Shown here: piece by piece, positions 22,516 through 37,827 of the stretch | Layout of the letters: the number at the start of each line of letters is the position of its first letter | Position numbering within the stretch: the stretch's first letter is position 1 | Source: Nemertoderma westbladi | Lineage: Eukaryota > Animalia > Xenacoelomorpha | Direction: 5' to 3' | NCBI GenBank assembly: GCA_032718475.1 | Contig: JAUCBJ010004682.1 | Coordinates: 1 to 38,576, forward strand | DNA: 38,576 nucleotides | Notes under the pieces: model-generated | Seen by the model: the letters and a program-made list of their open reading frames with translations, nothing else | What the model was told of the DNA's origin: nothing | The model's database searches: none | Program-made: the position numbers and the translations under genes

Positions 22516-25500
22516 ATGGGCACTACAAACAACGTAGAGAGTACCTATATCCACTACCCAGACACGTTTTGGGCACTACAAACAACGTAGAGAGTACCTA
22601 TATCCACTACCCAGACATGTTATGGGGAACTCGAGCAACGTAAAGAGTACCTATATCCACTACCCAGACATGTTATGGGCACTACAAACAACGTAAGGAG
22701 TACCTATATCCACTACCAAGACATGTTATGGGGACTTCGAGCAGCACGACAGCATATATCCACTACCCAGACATGTTATGGGGAGTTCGAGCAACGTAAA
22801 GAGTACCTATATCCACTACCCAGACATGTTTTGGGGACTTCGAGCAACGTAAAGAGTACCTATATCCACTACCCAGACATGTTATGGGGAACTCGAGCAA
22901 CGTAAAGAGTACCTATATCCACTACCCAGACACGTTATGGGGACTTCGAGCATTACGACAGTATATATCCACTACCCAGAGACGTTATGGGGTCTTCGAG
23001 CAGCACGATAGCATATATCCACTACCCAGACATGTTTTGGGGACTTCGAGCAACGTAAAGAGTACCTATATCCACTACCCAGACATGTTATGGGGAACTC
23101 GAGCAACGTAAAGAGTACCTATATCCACAACCCAGACACGTTATGGGGTCTTCGAGCATTACGACAGTATATATCCACTACCCAGACATGCTTTGGGGAC
23201 TTCGAGCAACGTAAAGAGTACCTATATCCACTACCCAGACATGTTATGGGGAACTCGAGCAACGTAAGGAGTACCTATATCCACTACCCAGACATGTTTT
23301 GGGGACTTCGAGCAACGTAAAGAGTACTTATATCCACTACCCAGACACGTTATGGGGACTTCGAGCAGCACGACAGTATATATCCACTACCCAGACACGT
23401 TATGGGGACTTCGATCAACGTAAAGAGTACCTATATCCACTACCCAGACACGTTATGGGGACTTCGAGCAGCACGACAGTATATATCCACTACCCAGACA
23501 CGTTATGGGGACTTCGAGCAACGTAAAGAGTACCTATATCCACTACCCAGACATGTTATGGGGAACTCGAGCAACGTAAGGAGTACCTATATCCACTACC
23601 CAGACATGTTTTGGGGACTTCGAGCAACGTAAAGAGTACCTATATCCACTACCCAGACACGTTATGAGGTCTTCGAGCAGCATGACAGCATATATCCACT
23701 ACCCAGACACGTTATGGGGACTTCGATCAACGTAAAGAGTACCTATATCCACTACCCAGACACGTTATGGGGACTTCGAGCAGCACGACAGTATATATCC
23801 ACTACCCAGACACGTTATGGGGACTTCGAGCAACGTAAAGAGTACCTATATCCACTACCCAGACATGTTATGGGGAACTCGAGCAACGTAAGGAGTACCT
23901 ATATCCACTACCCAGACATGTTTTGGGGACTTCGAGCAACGTAAAGAGTACTTATATCCACTACCCAGACACGTTATGGGGACTTCGATCAACGTAAAGA
24001 GTACCTATATCCACTACCCAGACACGTTATGGGGACTTCGATCAACGTAAAGAGTACCTATATCCACTACCCAGACACGTTATGGGGACTTCGAGCAGCA
24101 CGACAGTATATATCCACTACCCAGACACGTTATGGGGACTTCGATCAACGTAAAGAGTACCTATATCCACTACCCAGACACGTTATGGGGACTTCGAGCA
24201 GCACGACAGTATATATCCACTACCCAGACACGTTATGGGGACTTCGAGCAACGTAAAGAGTACCTATATCCACTACCCAGACATGTTATGGGGAACTCGA
24301 GCAACGTAAGGAGTACCTATATCCACTACCCAGACATGTTTTGGGGACTTCGAGCAACGTAAAGAGTACCTATATCCACTACCCAGACACGTTATGGGGA
24401 CTTCGAGCAGCACGACAGTATATATCCACTACCCAGACATGTTTTGGGGACTTCGAGCAACGTAAAGAGTACCTATATCCACTACCCAGACATGTTTTGG
24501 GGACTTCGAGCAACGTAAAGAGTACCTATATCCACTACCCAGACATGTTATGGGGACTTCGAGCAACGTAAAGAGTACCTATATCCACTACCCAGACATG
24601 TTATGGGGACTTCGAGCAACGTAAAGAGTACCTATATCCACTACCCAGACATGTTATGAGGTCTTCGAGCAGTATGATAGCATATATCCACTACACAGAC
24701 ATGTTATGGGGAACTCGAGCAACGTAAAGAGTACCTATATCCACTACCCAGACATGTTATGGGGACTTCGATTAACGTAAAGAGTACCTATATCCACTAC
24801 CCAGACATGTTATGGGGAACTCGAGCAACGTAAAGAGTACCTATATCCACTACCCAGACATGTTATGGGGAACTCGAGCAACGTAAAGAGTACCTATATC
24901 CACTACCCAGACATGTTTTGGGGACTTCGAGCAACGTAAAGAGTACCTATATCCACTACCCAGACATGTTATGGGGACTTCGAGCAACGTAAAGAGTACC
25001 TATATCCACTACCCAGACATGTTATGAGGTCTTCGAGCAGCACGACAGCATATATCCACTACACAGACATGTTATGGGGAACTCGAGCAACGTAAAGAGT
25101 ACCTATATCCACTACCCAGACATGTTATGGGGACTTCGAGCAGCACGACAGCATAGATCCACTACCCAGACATGTTATGGGGACTTCGATTAACGTAAAG
25201 AGTACCTATATCCACTACCCAGACATGTAATGGGGACTTCGCGCAACGTAAAGAGTACCTATATCCACTACCCAGACATGTTATGGGGACTTCGAGCAAC
25301 GTAAAGAGTACCTATATCCACTACCCAGACATGTTATGGGGAACTCGAGCAACGTAAGGAGTACCTATATCCACTACCCAGACATGTTATGGGGACTTCG
25401 AGCAACGTAAAGAGTACCTATATCCACTACCCAGACATGTTATGAGGTCTTCGAGCAGTATGATAGCATATATCCACTACACAGACATGTTATGGGGAAC

Positions 25501-28500
25501 TCGAGCAACGTAAAGAGTACCTATATCCACTACCCAGACATGTTATGGGGACTTCGATTAACGTAAAGAGTACCTATATCCACTACCCAGACATGTTATG
25601 GGGACTTCGAGCAACGTAAAGAGTACCTATATCCACTACCCAGACATGTTTTGGGGACTTCGAGCAACGTAAAGAGTACCTATATCCACTACCCAGACAT
25701 GTTATGGGGAACTCGAGCAACGTAAAGAGTACCTATATCCACTACCCAGACATGTTATGGGGACTTCGAGCAACGTAAAGAGTACCTATATCCACTACCC
25801 AGACATGTTATGGGGACTTCGAGCAACGTAAAGAGTACCTATATCCACTACCCAGACATGTTATGAGGTCTTCGAGCAGCACGACAGCATATATCCACTA
25901 CACAGACATGTTATGGGGAACTCGAGCAACGTAAAGAGTACCTATATCCACTACCCAGACATGTTATGGGGACTTCGAGCAGCACGACAGTCATATATCC
26001 ACTACCCAGACATGTTATGGGGACTTCGATTAACGTAAAGAGTACCTATATCCACTACCCAGACATGTTATGGGGACTTCGAGCAGCACGACAGTATATA
26101 TCCACTACCCAGACATGTTATGGGGACTTCGATTAACGTAAAGAGTACCTATATCCACTACCCAGACATGTTATGGGGACTTCGCGCAACGTAAAGAGTA
26201 CCTATATCCACTACCCAGACATGTTATGGGGACTTCGAGCAACGTAAAGAGTACCTATATCCACTACCCAGACATGTTATGGGGAACTCGAGCAACGTAA
26301 AGAGTACCTATATCCACTACCCAGACATGTTATGGGGACTTCGAGCAGCACGACAGTATATATCCACTACCCAGACATGTTATGGGGAACTCGAGCAACG
26401 TAAAGAGTACCTATATCCACTACCCAGACATGTTATGGGGACTTCGAGCAGCACGACAGTATATATCCACTACCCAGACATGTTATGGGGACTTCGATTA
26501 ACGTAAAGAGTACCTATATCCACTACCCAGACATGTAATGGGGACTTCGCGCAACGTAAAGAGTACCTATATCCACTACCCAGACATGTTATGGGGACTT
26601 CGAGCAACGTAAAGAGTACCTATATCCACTACCCAGACATGTTATGGGGAACTCGAGCAACGTAAGGAGTACCTATATCCACTACCCAGACATGTTTTGG
26701 GGACTTCGAGCAACGTAAAGAGTACCTATATCCACTACCCAGACATGTTATGGGGAACTCGAGCAACGTAAAGAGTACCTATATCCACTACCCAGACACG
26801 TTATGGGGACTTCGAGCAGCACGACAGTATATATCCACTACCCAGACATGTTATGGGGAACTCGAGCAACGTAAAGAGTACCTATATCCACTACCCAGAC
26901 ACGTTATGGGGACTTCGAGCAGCACGACAGCATATATCCACTACCCAGACATGTTATGGGGAGTTCGAGCAACGTAAAGAGTACCTATATCCACTACCCA
27001 GACATGTTTTGGGGACTTCGAGCAACGTAAAGAGTACCTATATCCACTACCCAGACATGTTATGGGGACTTCGAGCAACGTAAAGAGTACCTATATCCAC
27101 TACCCAGACATGTTATGAGGTCTTCGAGCAGCACGACAGTATATATCCACTACCCAGACATGTTTTGGGGACTTCGAGCAACGTAAAGAGTACCTATATC
27201 CACTACCCAGACATGTTATGGGGACTTCGAGCAACGTAAAGAGTACTTATATCCACTACCCAGACATGTTATGGGGAACTCGAGCAACGTAAAGAGTACC
27301 TATATCCACTACCCAGACACGTTATGGGGACTTCGAGCAGCACGACAGTATATATCCACTACCCAGACATGCTTTGGGGACTTCGAGCAACGTAAAGAGT
27401 ACTTATATCCACTACCCAGACATGTTATGGGGACTTCGAGCAACGTAAAGAGTACCTATATCCACTACCCAGACATGTTATGAGGTCTTCGAGCAGTATG
27501 ATAGCATATATCCACTACACAGACATGTTATGGGGAACTCGAGCAACGTAAAGAGTACCTATATCCACTACCCAGACACGTTATGGGGACTTCGAGCAGC
27601 ACGACAGTATATATCCACTACCCAGACATGTTTTGGGGACTTCGAGCAACGTAAAGAGTACCTATATCCACTACCCAGACATGTTATGGGGACTTCGAGC
27701 AGCACGACAGTATATTTCCACTACCCAGACATGTTATGGGGACTTCGAGCAGCGTAAAGAGTACCTATATCCACTACCCAGACATGTTATGAGGTCTTCG
27801 AGCAGCATGATAGCATATATCCACTACCCAGACACGTTATGGGGAACTCGAGCAACGTAAAGAGTACCTATATCCACTACCCAGACATGTTATGGGGACT
27901 TCGAGCAACGTAAAGAGTACCTATATCCACTACCCAGACATGTTATGAGGTCTTCGAGCAGCATGATAGCATATATCCACTACCCAGACACGTTATGGGG
28001 AACTCGAGCAACGTAAAGAGTACCTATATCCACTACCCAGACATGTTATGGGGACTTCGAGCAGCACGACAGCATATATCCACTACCCAGACATGTTATG
28101 GGGACTTCGATTAACGTAAAGAGTACCTATATCCACTACCCAGACATGTAATGGGGACTTCGCGCAACGTAAAGAGTACCTATATCCACTACCCAGACAT
28201 GTTATGGGGACTTCGAGCAACGTAAAGAGTACCTATATCCACTACCCAGACATGTTATGGGGAACTCGAGCAACGTAAAGAGTACCTATATCCACTACCC
28301 AGACACGTTATGGGGACTTCGATTAACGTAAAGAGTACCTATATCCACTACCCAGACATGTTATGGGGAACTCGAGCAACGTAAGGAGTACCTATATCCA
28401 CTACCCAGACATGTTTTGGGGACTTCGAGCAACGTAAAGAGTACCTATATCCACTACCCAGACATGTTATGGGGAACTCGAGCAACGTAAAGAGTACCTA

Positions 28501-31500
28501 TATCCACTACCCAGACACGTTATGGGGAACTCGAGCAATGTAAGGAGTACCTATATCCACTACCCAGACATGTTTTGGGGACTTCGAGCAACGTAAAGAG
28601 TACCTATATCCACTACCCAGACACGTTATGGGGAACTCGAGCAACGTAAAGAGTACCTATATCCACTACCCAGACATGTTATGGGACTTCGAGCAGCACG
28701 ACAGTATATATCCACTACCCAGACATGTTATGGGGACTTCGATTAACGTAGAGTACCTATATCCACTACCCAGACATGTAATGGGGACTTCGCGCAACGT
28801 AAAGAGTACCTATATCCACTACCCAGACATGTTATGGGGACTTCGAGCAACGTAAAGAGTACCTATATCCACTACCCAGACATGTAATGGGGACTTCGCG
28901 CAACGTAAAGAGTACCTATATCCACTACCCAGACATGTTATGGGGACTTCGAGCAACGTAAAGAGTACCTAGATCCACTACCCAGACATGTTATGGGGAA
29001 CTCGAGCAACGTAAAGAGTACCTATATCCACAACCCAGACACGTTATGGGGACTTCGATTAACGTAAAGAGTACCTATATCCACTACCCAGACATGTTAT
29101 GGGGAACTCGAGCAACGTAAGGAGTACCTATATCCACTACCCAGACATGTTTTGGGGACTTCGAGCAACGTAAAGAGTACCTATATCCACTACCCAGACA
29201 TGTTATGGGGAACTCGAGCAACGTAAAGAGTACCTATATCCACTACCCAGACACGTTATGGGGAACTCGAGCAACGTAAGGAGTACCTATTTCCACTACC
29301 CAGACATGTTTTGGGGACTTCGAGCAACGTAAAGAGTACCTATATCCACTACCCAGACACGTTATGGGGAACTCGAGCAACGTAAAGAGTACCTATATCC
29401 ACTACCCAGACATGTTATGGGGACTTCGAGCAGCACGACAGTATATATCCACTACCCAGACATGTTATGGGGACTTCGATTAACGTAAAGAGTACCTATA
29501 TCCACTACCCAGACATGTAATGGGGACTTCGCGCAACGTAAAGAGTACCTATATCCACTACCCAGACATGTTATGGGGAACTCGAGCAACGTAAAGAGTA
29601 CCTATATCCACTACCCAGACATGTTTTGGGGACTTCGAGCAACGTAAAGAGTACCTATATCCACTACCCAGACACGTTATGGGGAACTCGAGCAACGTAA
29701 AGAGTACCTATATCCACTACCCAGACATGTTATGGGGACTTCGAGCAGCACGACAGTATATATCCACTACCCAGACATGTTATGGGGACTTCGATTAACG
29801 TAAAGAGTACCTATATCCACTACCCAGACATGTAATGGGGACTTCGCGCAACGTAAAGAGTACCTATATCCACTACCCAGACATGTTATGGGGACTTCGA
29901 GCAACGTAAAGAGTACCTATATCCACTACCCAGACATGTAATGGGGACTTCGCGCAACGTAAAGAGTACCTATATCCACTACCCAGACATGTTTTGGGGA
30001 CTTCGAGCAACGTAAAGAGTACCTATATCCACTACCCAGACATGTTATGGGGACTTCGAGCAACGTAAAGAGTACCTATATCCACTACCCAGACATGTTA
30101 TGAGGTCTTCGAGCAGCACGACAGTATATATCCACTACCCAGACATGTTTTGGGGACTTCGAGCAACGTAAAGAGTACCTATATCCACTACCCAGACATG
30201 TTATGGGGACTTCGAGCAACGTAAAGAGTACTTATATCCACTACCCAGACATGTTATGGGGAACTCGAGCAACGTAAAGAGTACCTATATCCACTACCCA
30301 GACACGTTATGGGGACTTCGAGCAGCACGACAGTATATATCCACTACCCAGACATGTTTTGGGGACTTCGAGCAACGTAAAGAGTACCTATATCCACTAC
30401 CCAGACATGTTATGGGGACTTCGAGCAACGTAAAGAGTACTTATATCCACTACCCAGACATGTTATGGGGACTTCGAGCAACGTAAAGAGTACCTATATC
30501 CACTACCCAGACATGTTATGAGGTCTTCGAGCAGTATGATAACATATATCCACTACACAGACATGTTATGGGGAACTCGAGCAACGTAAAGAGTACCTAT
30601 ATCCACTACCCAGACACGTTATGGGGACTTCGAGCAGCACGACAGTATATATCCACTACCCAGACATGTTTTGGGGACTTCGAGCAACGTAAAGAGTACC
30701 TATATCCACTACCCAGACATGTTATGGGGACTTCGAGCAGCACGACAGTATATATCCACTACCCAGACATGTTATGGGGACTTCGAGCAGCGTAAAGAGT
30801 ACCTATATCCACTACCCAGACATGTTATGAGGTCTTCGAGCAGCATGATAGCATATATCCACTACCCAGACACGTTATGGGGAACTCGAGCAACGTAAAG
30901 AGTACCTATATCCACTACCCAGACATGTTATGGGGACTTCGAGCAACGTAAAGAGTACCTATATCCACTACCCAGACATGTTATGAGGTCTTCGAGCAGC
31001 ATGATAGCATATATCCACTACCCAGACACGTTATGGGGAACTCGAGCAACGTAAAGAGTACCTATATCCACTACCCAGACATGTTATGGGGACTTCGAGC
31101 AGCACGACAGCATATATCCACTACCCAGACATGTTATGGGGACTTCGATTAACGTAAAGAGTACCTATATCCACTACCCAGACATGTAATGGGGACTTCG
31201 CGCAACGTAAAGAGTACCTATATCCACTACCCAGACATGTTATGGGGACTTCGAGCAACGTAAAGAGTACCTATATCCACTACCCAGACATGTTATGGGG
31301 AACTCGAGCAACGTAAAGAGTACCTATATCCACTACCCAGACACGTTATGGGGACTTCGATTAACGTAAAGAGTACCTATATCCACTACCCAGACATGTT
31401 ATGGGGAACTCGAGCAACGTAAGGAGTACCTATATCCACTACCCAGACATGTTTTGGGGACTTCGAGCAACGTAAAGAGTACCTATATCCACTACCCAGA

Positions 31501-34500
31501 CATGTTATGGGGAACTCGAGCAACGTAAAGAGTACCTATATCCACTACCCAGACACGTTATGGGGAACTCGAGCAACGTAAGGAGTACCTATATCCACTA
31601 CCCAGACATGTTTTGGGGACTTCGAGCAACGTAAAGAGTACCTATATCCACTACCCAGACACGTTATGGGGAACTCGAGCAACGTAAAGAGTACCTATAT
31701 CCACTACCCAGACATGTTATGGGGACTTCGAGCAGCACGACAGTATATATCCACTACCCAGACATGTTATGGGGACTTCGATTAACGTAGAGTACCTATA
31801 TCCACTACCCAGACATGTAATGGGGACTTCGCGCAACGTAAAGAGTACCTATATCCACTACCCAGACATGTTATGGGGACTTCGAGCAACGTAAAGAGTA
31901 CCTATATCCACTACCCAGACATGTAATGGGGACTTCGCGCAACGTAAAGAGTACCTATATCCACTACCCAGACATGTTATGGGGACTTCGAGCAACGTAA
32001 AGAGTACCTAGATCCACTACCCAGACATGTTATGGGGAACTCGAGCAACGTAAAGAGTACCTATATCCACTACCCAGACACGTTATGGGGAACTCGAGCA
32101 ACGTAAGGAGTACCTATTTCCACTACCCAGACATGTTTTGGGGACTTCGAGCAACGTAAAGAGTACCTATATCCACTACCCAGACACGTTATGGGGAACT
32201 CGAGCAACGTAAAGAGTACCTATATCCACTACCCAGACATGTTATGGGGACTTCGAGCAGCACGACAGTATATATCCACTACCCAGACATGTTATGGGGA
32301 CTTCGATTAACGTAAAGAGTACCTATATCCACTACCCAGACATGTAATGGGGACTTCGCGCAACGTAAAGAGTACCTATATCCACTACCCAGACATGTTA
32401 TGGGGACTTCGAGCAACGTAAAGAGTACCTATATCCACTACCCAGACATGTTATGGGGAACTCGAGCAACGTAAAGAGTACCTATATCCACTACCCAGAC
32501 ATGTTTTGGGGACTTCGAGCAACGTAAAGAGTACCTATATCCACTACCCAGACACGTTATGGGGAACTCGAGCAACGTAAAGAGTACCTATATCCACTAC
32601 CCAGACATGTTATGGGGACTTCGAGCAGCACGACAGTATATATCCACTACCCAGACATGTTATGGGGACTTCGATTAACGTAAAGAGTACCTATATCCAC
32701 TACCCAGACATGTAATGGGGACTTCGCGCAACGTAAAGAGTACCTATATCCACTACCCAGACATGTTATGGGGACTTCGAGCAACGTAAAGAGTACCTAT
32801 ATCCACTACCCAGACATGTAATGGGGACTTCGCGCAACGTAAAGAGTACCTATATCCACTACCCAGACATGTTATGGGGACTTCGCGCAACGTAAAGAGT
32901 ACCTATATCCACTACCCAGACATGTTATGGGGACTTCGAGCAACGTAAAGAGTACCTATATCCACTACCCAGACATGTTATGGGGAACTCGAGCAACGTA
33001 AAGAGTACCTATATCCACTACCCAGACATGTTTTGGGGACTTCGAGCAACGTAAAGAGTACCTATATCCACTACCCAGACACGTTATGGGGAACTCGAGC
33101 AACGTAAAGAGTACCTATATCCACTACCCAGACATGTTATGGGGACTTCGAGCAGCACGACAGTATATATCCACTACCCAGACATGTTATGGGGACTTCG
33201 ATTAACGTAAAGAGTACCTATATCCACTACCCAGACATGTAATGGGGACTTCGCGCAACGTAAAGAGTACCTATATCCACTACCCAGACATGTTATGGGG
33301 ACTTCGAGCAACGTAAAGAGTACCTATATCCACTACCCAGACATGTAATGGGGACTTCGCGCAACGTAAAGAGTACCTATATCCACTACCCAGACATGTT
33401 ATGGGGACTTCGAGCAACGTAAAGAGTACCTATATCCACTACCCAGACACGTTATGGGGACTTCGATTAACGTAAAGAGTACCTATATCCACTACCCAGA
33501 CATGTTATGGGGAACTCGAGCAACGTAAGGAGTACCTATATCCACTACCCAGACATGTTTTGGGGACTTCGAGCAACGTAAAGAGTACCTATATCCACTA
33601 CCCAGACACGTTATGGGGAACTCGAGCAACGTAAAGAGTACCTATATCCACTACCCAGACATGTTATGGGGACTTCGAGCAGCACGACAGTATATATCCA
33701 CTACCCAGACATGTTATGGGGACTTCGATTAACGTAAAGAGTACCTATATCCACTACCCAGACATGTAATGGGGACTTCGCGCAACGTAAAGAGTACCTA
33801 TATCCACTACCCAGACATGTTATGGGGACTTCGAGCAACGTAAAGAGTACCTATATCCACTACCCAGACATGTTATGGGGAACTCGAGCAACGTAAAGAG
33901 TACCTATATCCACTACCCAGACATGTTTTGGGGACTTCGAGCAACGTAAAGAGTACCTATATCCACTACCCAGACACGTTATGGGGAACTCGAGCAACGT
34001 AAAGAGTACCTATATCCACTACCCAGACATGTTATGGGGACTTCGAGCAGCACGACAGTATATATCCACTACCCAGACATGTTATGGGGACTTCGATTAA
34101 CGTAAAGAGTACCTATATCCACTACCCAGACATGTAATGGGGACTTCGAGCAGCACGACAGCATATATCCACTACCCAGACATGTTATGGGGACTTCGAG
34201 CAACGTAAAGAGTACCTATATCCACTACCCAGACATGTTATGGGGAACTCGAGCAACGTAAAGAGTACCTATATCCACAACCCAGACACGTTATGGGGAC
34301 TTCGATTAACGTAAAGAGTACCTATATCCACTACCCAGACATGTTATGGGGAACTCGAGCAACGTAAGGAGTACCTATATCCACTACCCAGACATGTTTT
34401 GGGGACTTCGAGCAACGTAAAGAGTACCTATATCCACTACCCAGACATGTTATGGGGAACTCGAGCAACGTAAAGAGTACCTATATCCACTACCCAGACA

Positions 34501-37500
34501 TGTAATGGGGACTTCGAGCAACGTAAAGAGTACCTATATCCACTACCCAGACATGTTATGGAGAACTCGAGCAACGTAAAGAGTACCTATATCCACTACC
34601 CAGACATGTTATGGGGACTTCGAGCAACGTAAAGAGTACCTATATCCACTACCCAGACATGTTATGGGGACTTCGAGCAGAACGACAGCATATATCCACT
34701 ACACAGACATGTTATGGGGAACTCGAGCAACGTAAAGAGTACCTATATCCACTACCCAGACATGTTATGGTGACTTCGAGCAGCACGACAGCATATATCC
34801 ACTACCCAGACATGTTATGGGGACTTCGCGCAACGTAAAGAGTACCTATATCCACTACCCAGACATGTTATGGGGACTTCGAGCAACGTAAAGAGTACCT
34901 ATATCCACTACCCAGACATGTTATGGGGACTTCGATTAACGTAAAGAGTACCTATATCCACTACCCAGACATGTAATGGGGACTTCGAGCAACGTAAAGA
35001 GTACCTATATCCACTACCCAGACATGTTATGGGGAACTCGAGCAACGTAAAGAGTACCTATATCCACTACCCAGACATGTTATGGGGACTTCGAGCAACG
35101 TAAAGAGTACCTATATCCACTACCCAGACATGTTATGGGGACTTCGAGCAGAACGACAGCATATATCCACTACACAGACATGTTATGGGGAACTCGAGCA
35201 ACGTAAAGAGTACCTATATCCACTACCCAGACATGTTATGGTGACTTCGAGCAGCACGACAGCATATATCCACTACCCAGACATGTTATGGGGACTTCGC
35301 GCAACGTAAAGAGTACCTATATCCACTACCCAGACATGTTATGGGGACTTCGAGCAACGTAAAGAGTACCTATATCCACTACCCAGACATGTTATGGGGA
35401 ACTCGAGCAACGTAAAGAGTACCTATATCCACTACCCAGACACGTTATGGGGACTTCGATTAACGTAAAGAGTACCTATATCCACTACCCAGACATGTTA
35501 TGGGGAACTCGAGCAACGTAAGGAGTACCTATATCCACTACCCAGACATGTTTTGGGGACTTCGAGCAACGTAAAGAGTACCTATATCCACTACCCAGAC
35601 ATGTTATGGGGAACTCGTAAGGAGTACCTATATCCACTACCCAGACATGTTTTGGGGACTTCGAGCAACGTAAAGAGTACCTATATCCACTACCCAGACA
35701 TGTTATGGGGAACTCGAGCAACGTAAGGAGTACCTATATCCACTACCCAGACATGTTTTGGGGACTTCGAGCAACGTAAAGAGTACCTATATCCACTACC
35801 CAGAAACGTTATGGGGAACTCGAGCAACGTAAAGAGTACCTATATCCACTACCCAGACATGTTATGGGGACTTCGAGCAGCACGACAGTATATATCCACT
35901 ACCCAGACATGTTATGGGGACTTCGATTAACGTAAAGAGTACCTATATCCACTACCCAGACATGTTATGGGGAACTCGAGCAACGTAAGGAGTACCTATA
36001 TCCACTACCCAGACATGTTTTGGGGACTTCGAGCAGCGTAAAGAGTACCTATATCCACTACCCAGACATGTTATGGGGAACTCGAGCAACGTAAAGAGTA
36101 CCTATATCCACTACCCAGACACGTTATGGGGACTTCGAGCAGCATGACAGTATATATCCACTACCCAGACATGTTATGGGGAACTCGAGCAACGTAAAGA
36201 GTACTTATATCCACTACCCAGACACGTTATGGGGACTTCGAGCAGCACGACAGCATATATCCACTACCCAGACATGTTATGGGGAGTTCGAGCAACGTAA
36301 AGAGTACCTATATCCACTACCCAGACATGTTTTGGGGACTTCGAGCAACGTAAAGTGTACCTATATCCACTACCCAGACATGTTATGGGGACTTCGAGCA
36401 ACGTAAAGAGTACCTATATCCACTACCCAGACATGTTATGAGGTCTTCGAGCAGCACGACAGTATATATCCACTACCCAGACATGTTTTGGGGACTTCGA
36501 GCAACGTAAAGAGTACCTATATCCACTACCCAGACATGTTATGGGGACTTCGAGCAACGTAAAGAGTACCTATATCCACTACCCAGACACGTTATGGGGA
36601 ACTCGAGCAACGTAAAGAGTACCTATATCCACTACCCAGACACGTTATGGGGACTTCGAGCAGCACGACAGTATATATCCACTACCCAGACATGTTTTGG
36701 GGACTTCGAGCAACGTAAAGAGTACCTATATCCACTACCCAGACATGTTATGGGGACTTCGAGCAACGTAAAGAGTACTTATATCCACTACCCAGACATG
36801 TTATGGGGACTTCGAGCAACGTAAAGAGTACCTATATCCACTACCCAGACATGTTATGAGGTCTTCGAGCAGTATGATAGCATATATCCACTACACAGAC
36901 ATGTTATGGGGAACTCGAGCAACGTAAAGAGTACCTATATCCACTACCCAGACACGTTATGGGGACTTCGAGCAGCACGACAGTATATATCCACTACCCA
37001 GACATGTTTTGGGGACTTCGAGCAACGTAAAGAGTACCTATATCCACTACCCAGACATGTTATGGGGACTTCGAGCAACGTAAAGAGTACTTATATCCAC
37101 TACCCAGACATGTTATGGGGACTTCGAGCAACGTAAAGAGTACCTATATCCACTACCCAGACATGTTATGAGGTCTTCGAGCAGTATGATAGCATATATC
37201 CACTACACAGACATGTTATGGGGAACTCGAGCAACGTAAAGAGTACCTATATCCACTACCCAGACACGTTATGGGGACTTCGAGCAGCACGACAGTATAT
37301 ATCCACTACCCAGACATATTTTGGGGACTTCGAGCAACGTAAAGAGTACCTATATCCACTACCCAGACATGTTATGGGGACTTCGAGCAGCACGACAGTA
37401 TATATCCACTACCCAGACATGTTATGGGGACTTCGAGCAGCGTAAAGAGTACCTATATCCACTACCCAGACATGTTATGAGGTCTTCGAGCAGCATGATA

Positions 37501-37827
37501 GCATATATCCACTACCCAGACACGTTATGGGGAACTCGAGCAACGTAAAGAGTACCTATATCCACTACCCAGACATGTTATGGGGACTTCGACCAACGTA
37601 AAGAGTACCTATATCCACTACCCAGACATGTTATGAGGTCTTCGAGCAGCATGATAGCATATATCCACTACCCAGACACGTCATGGGGAACTCGAGCAAC
37701 GTAAAGAGTACCTATATCCACTACCCAGACATGTTATGGGGAACTCGAGCAACGTAAAGAGTACCTATATCCACTACCCAGACATGTTATGGGGACTTCG
37801 AGCAGCACGACAGCATATATCCACTAC
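22516..37827. repeat. Satellite array, ~290 monomers of 53-bp and 50-bp types
   Basis: 53-mer TATCCACTACCCAGACATGTTATGGGGACTTCGAGCAACGTAAAGAGTACCTA; 50-mer ends ..TTCGAGCAGCACGACAGTATA; divergent monomers at the left edge. Confidence 0.99.

Noticed and set aside
22675-37548. Many 70-78 aa ORFs
   Set aside because: By-products of 53/50-bp periodicity cycling through frames.
22516-37827. CRISPR array (constant part plus variable part)
   Set aside because: The variable segments are a few recurring alleles of ~12-15 bp, not unique spacers; no cas genes; eukaryotic TE context.
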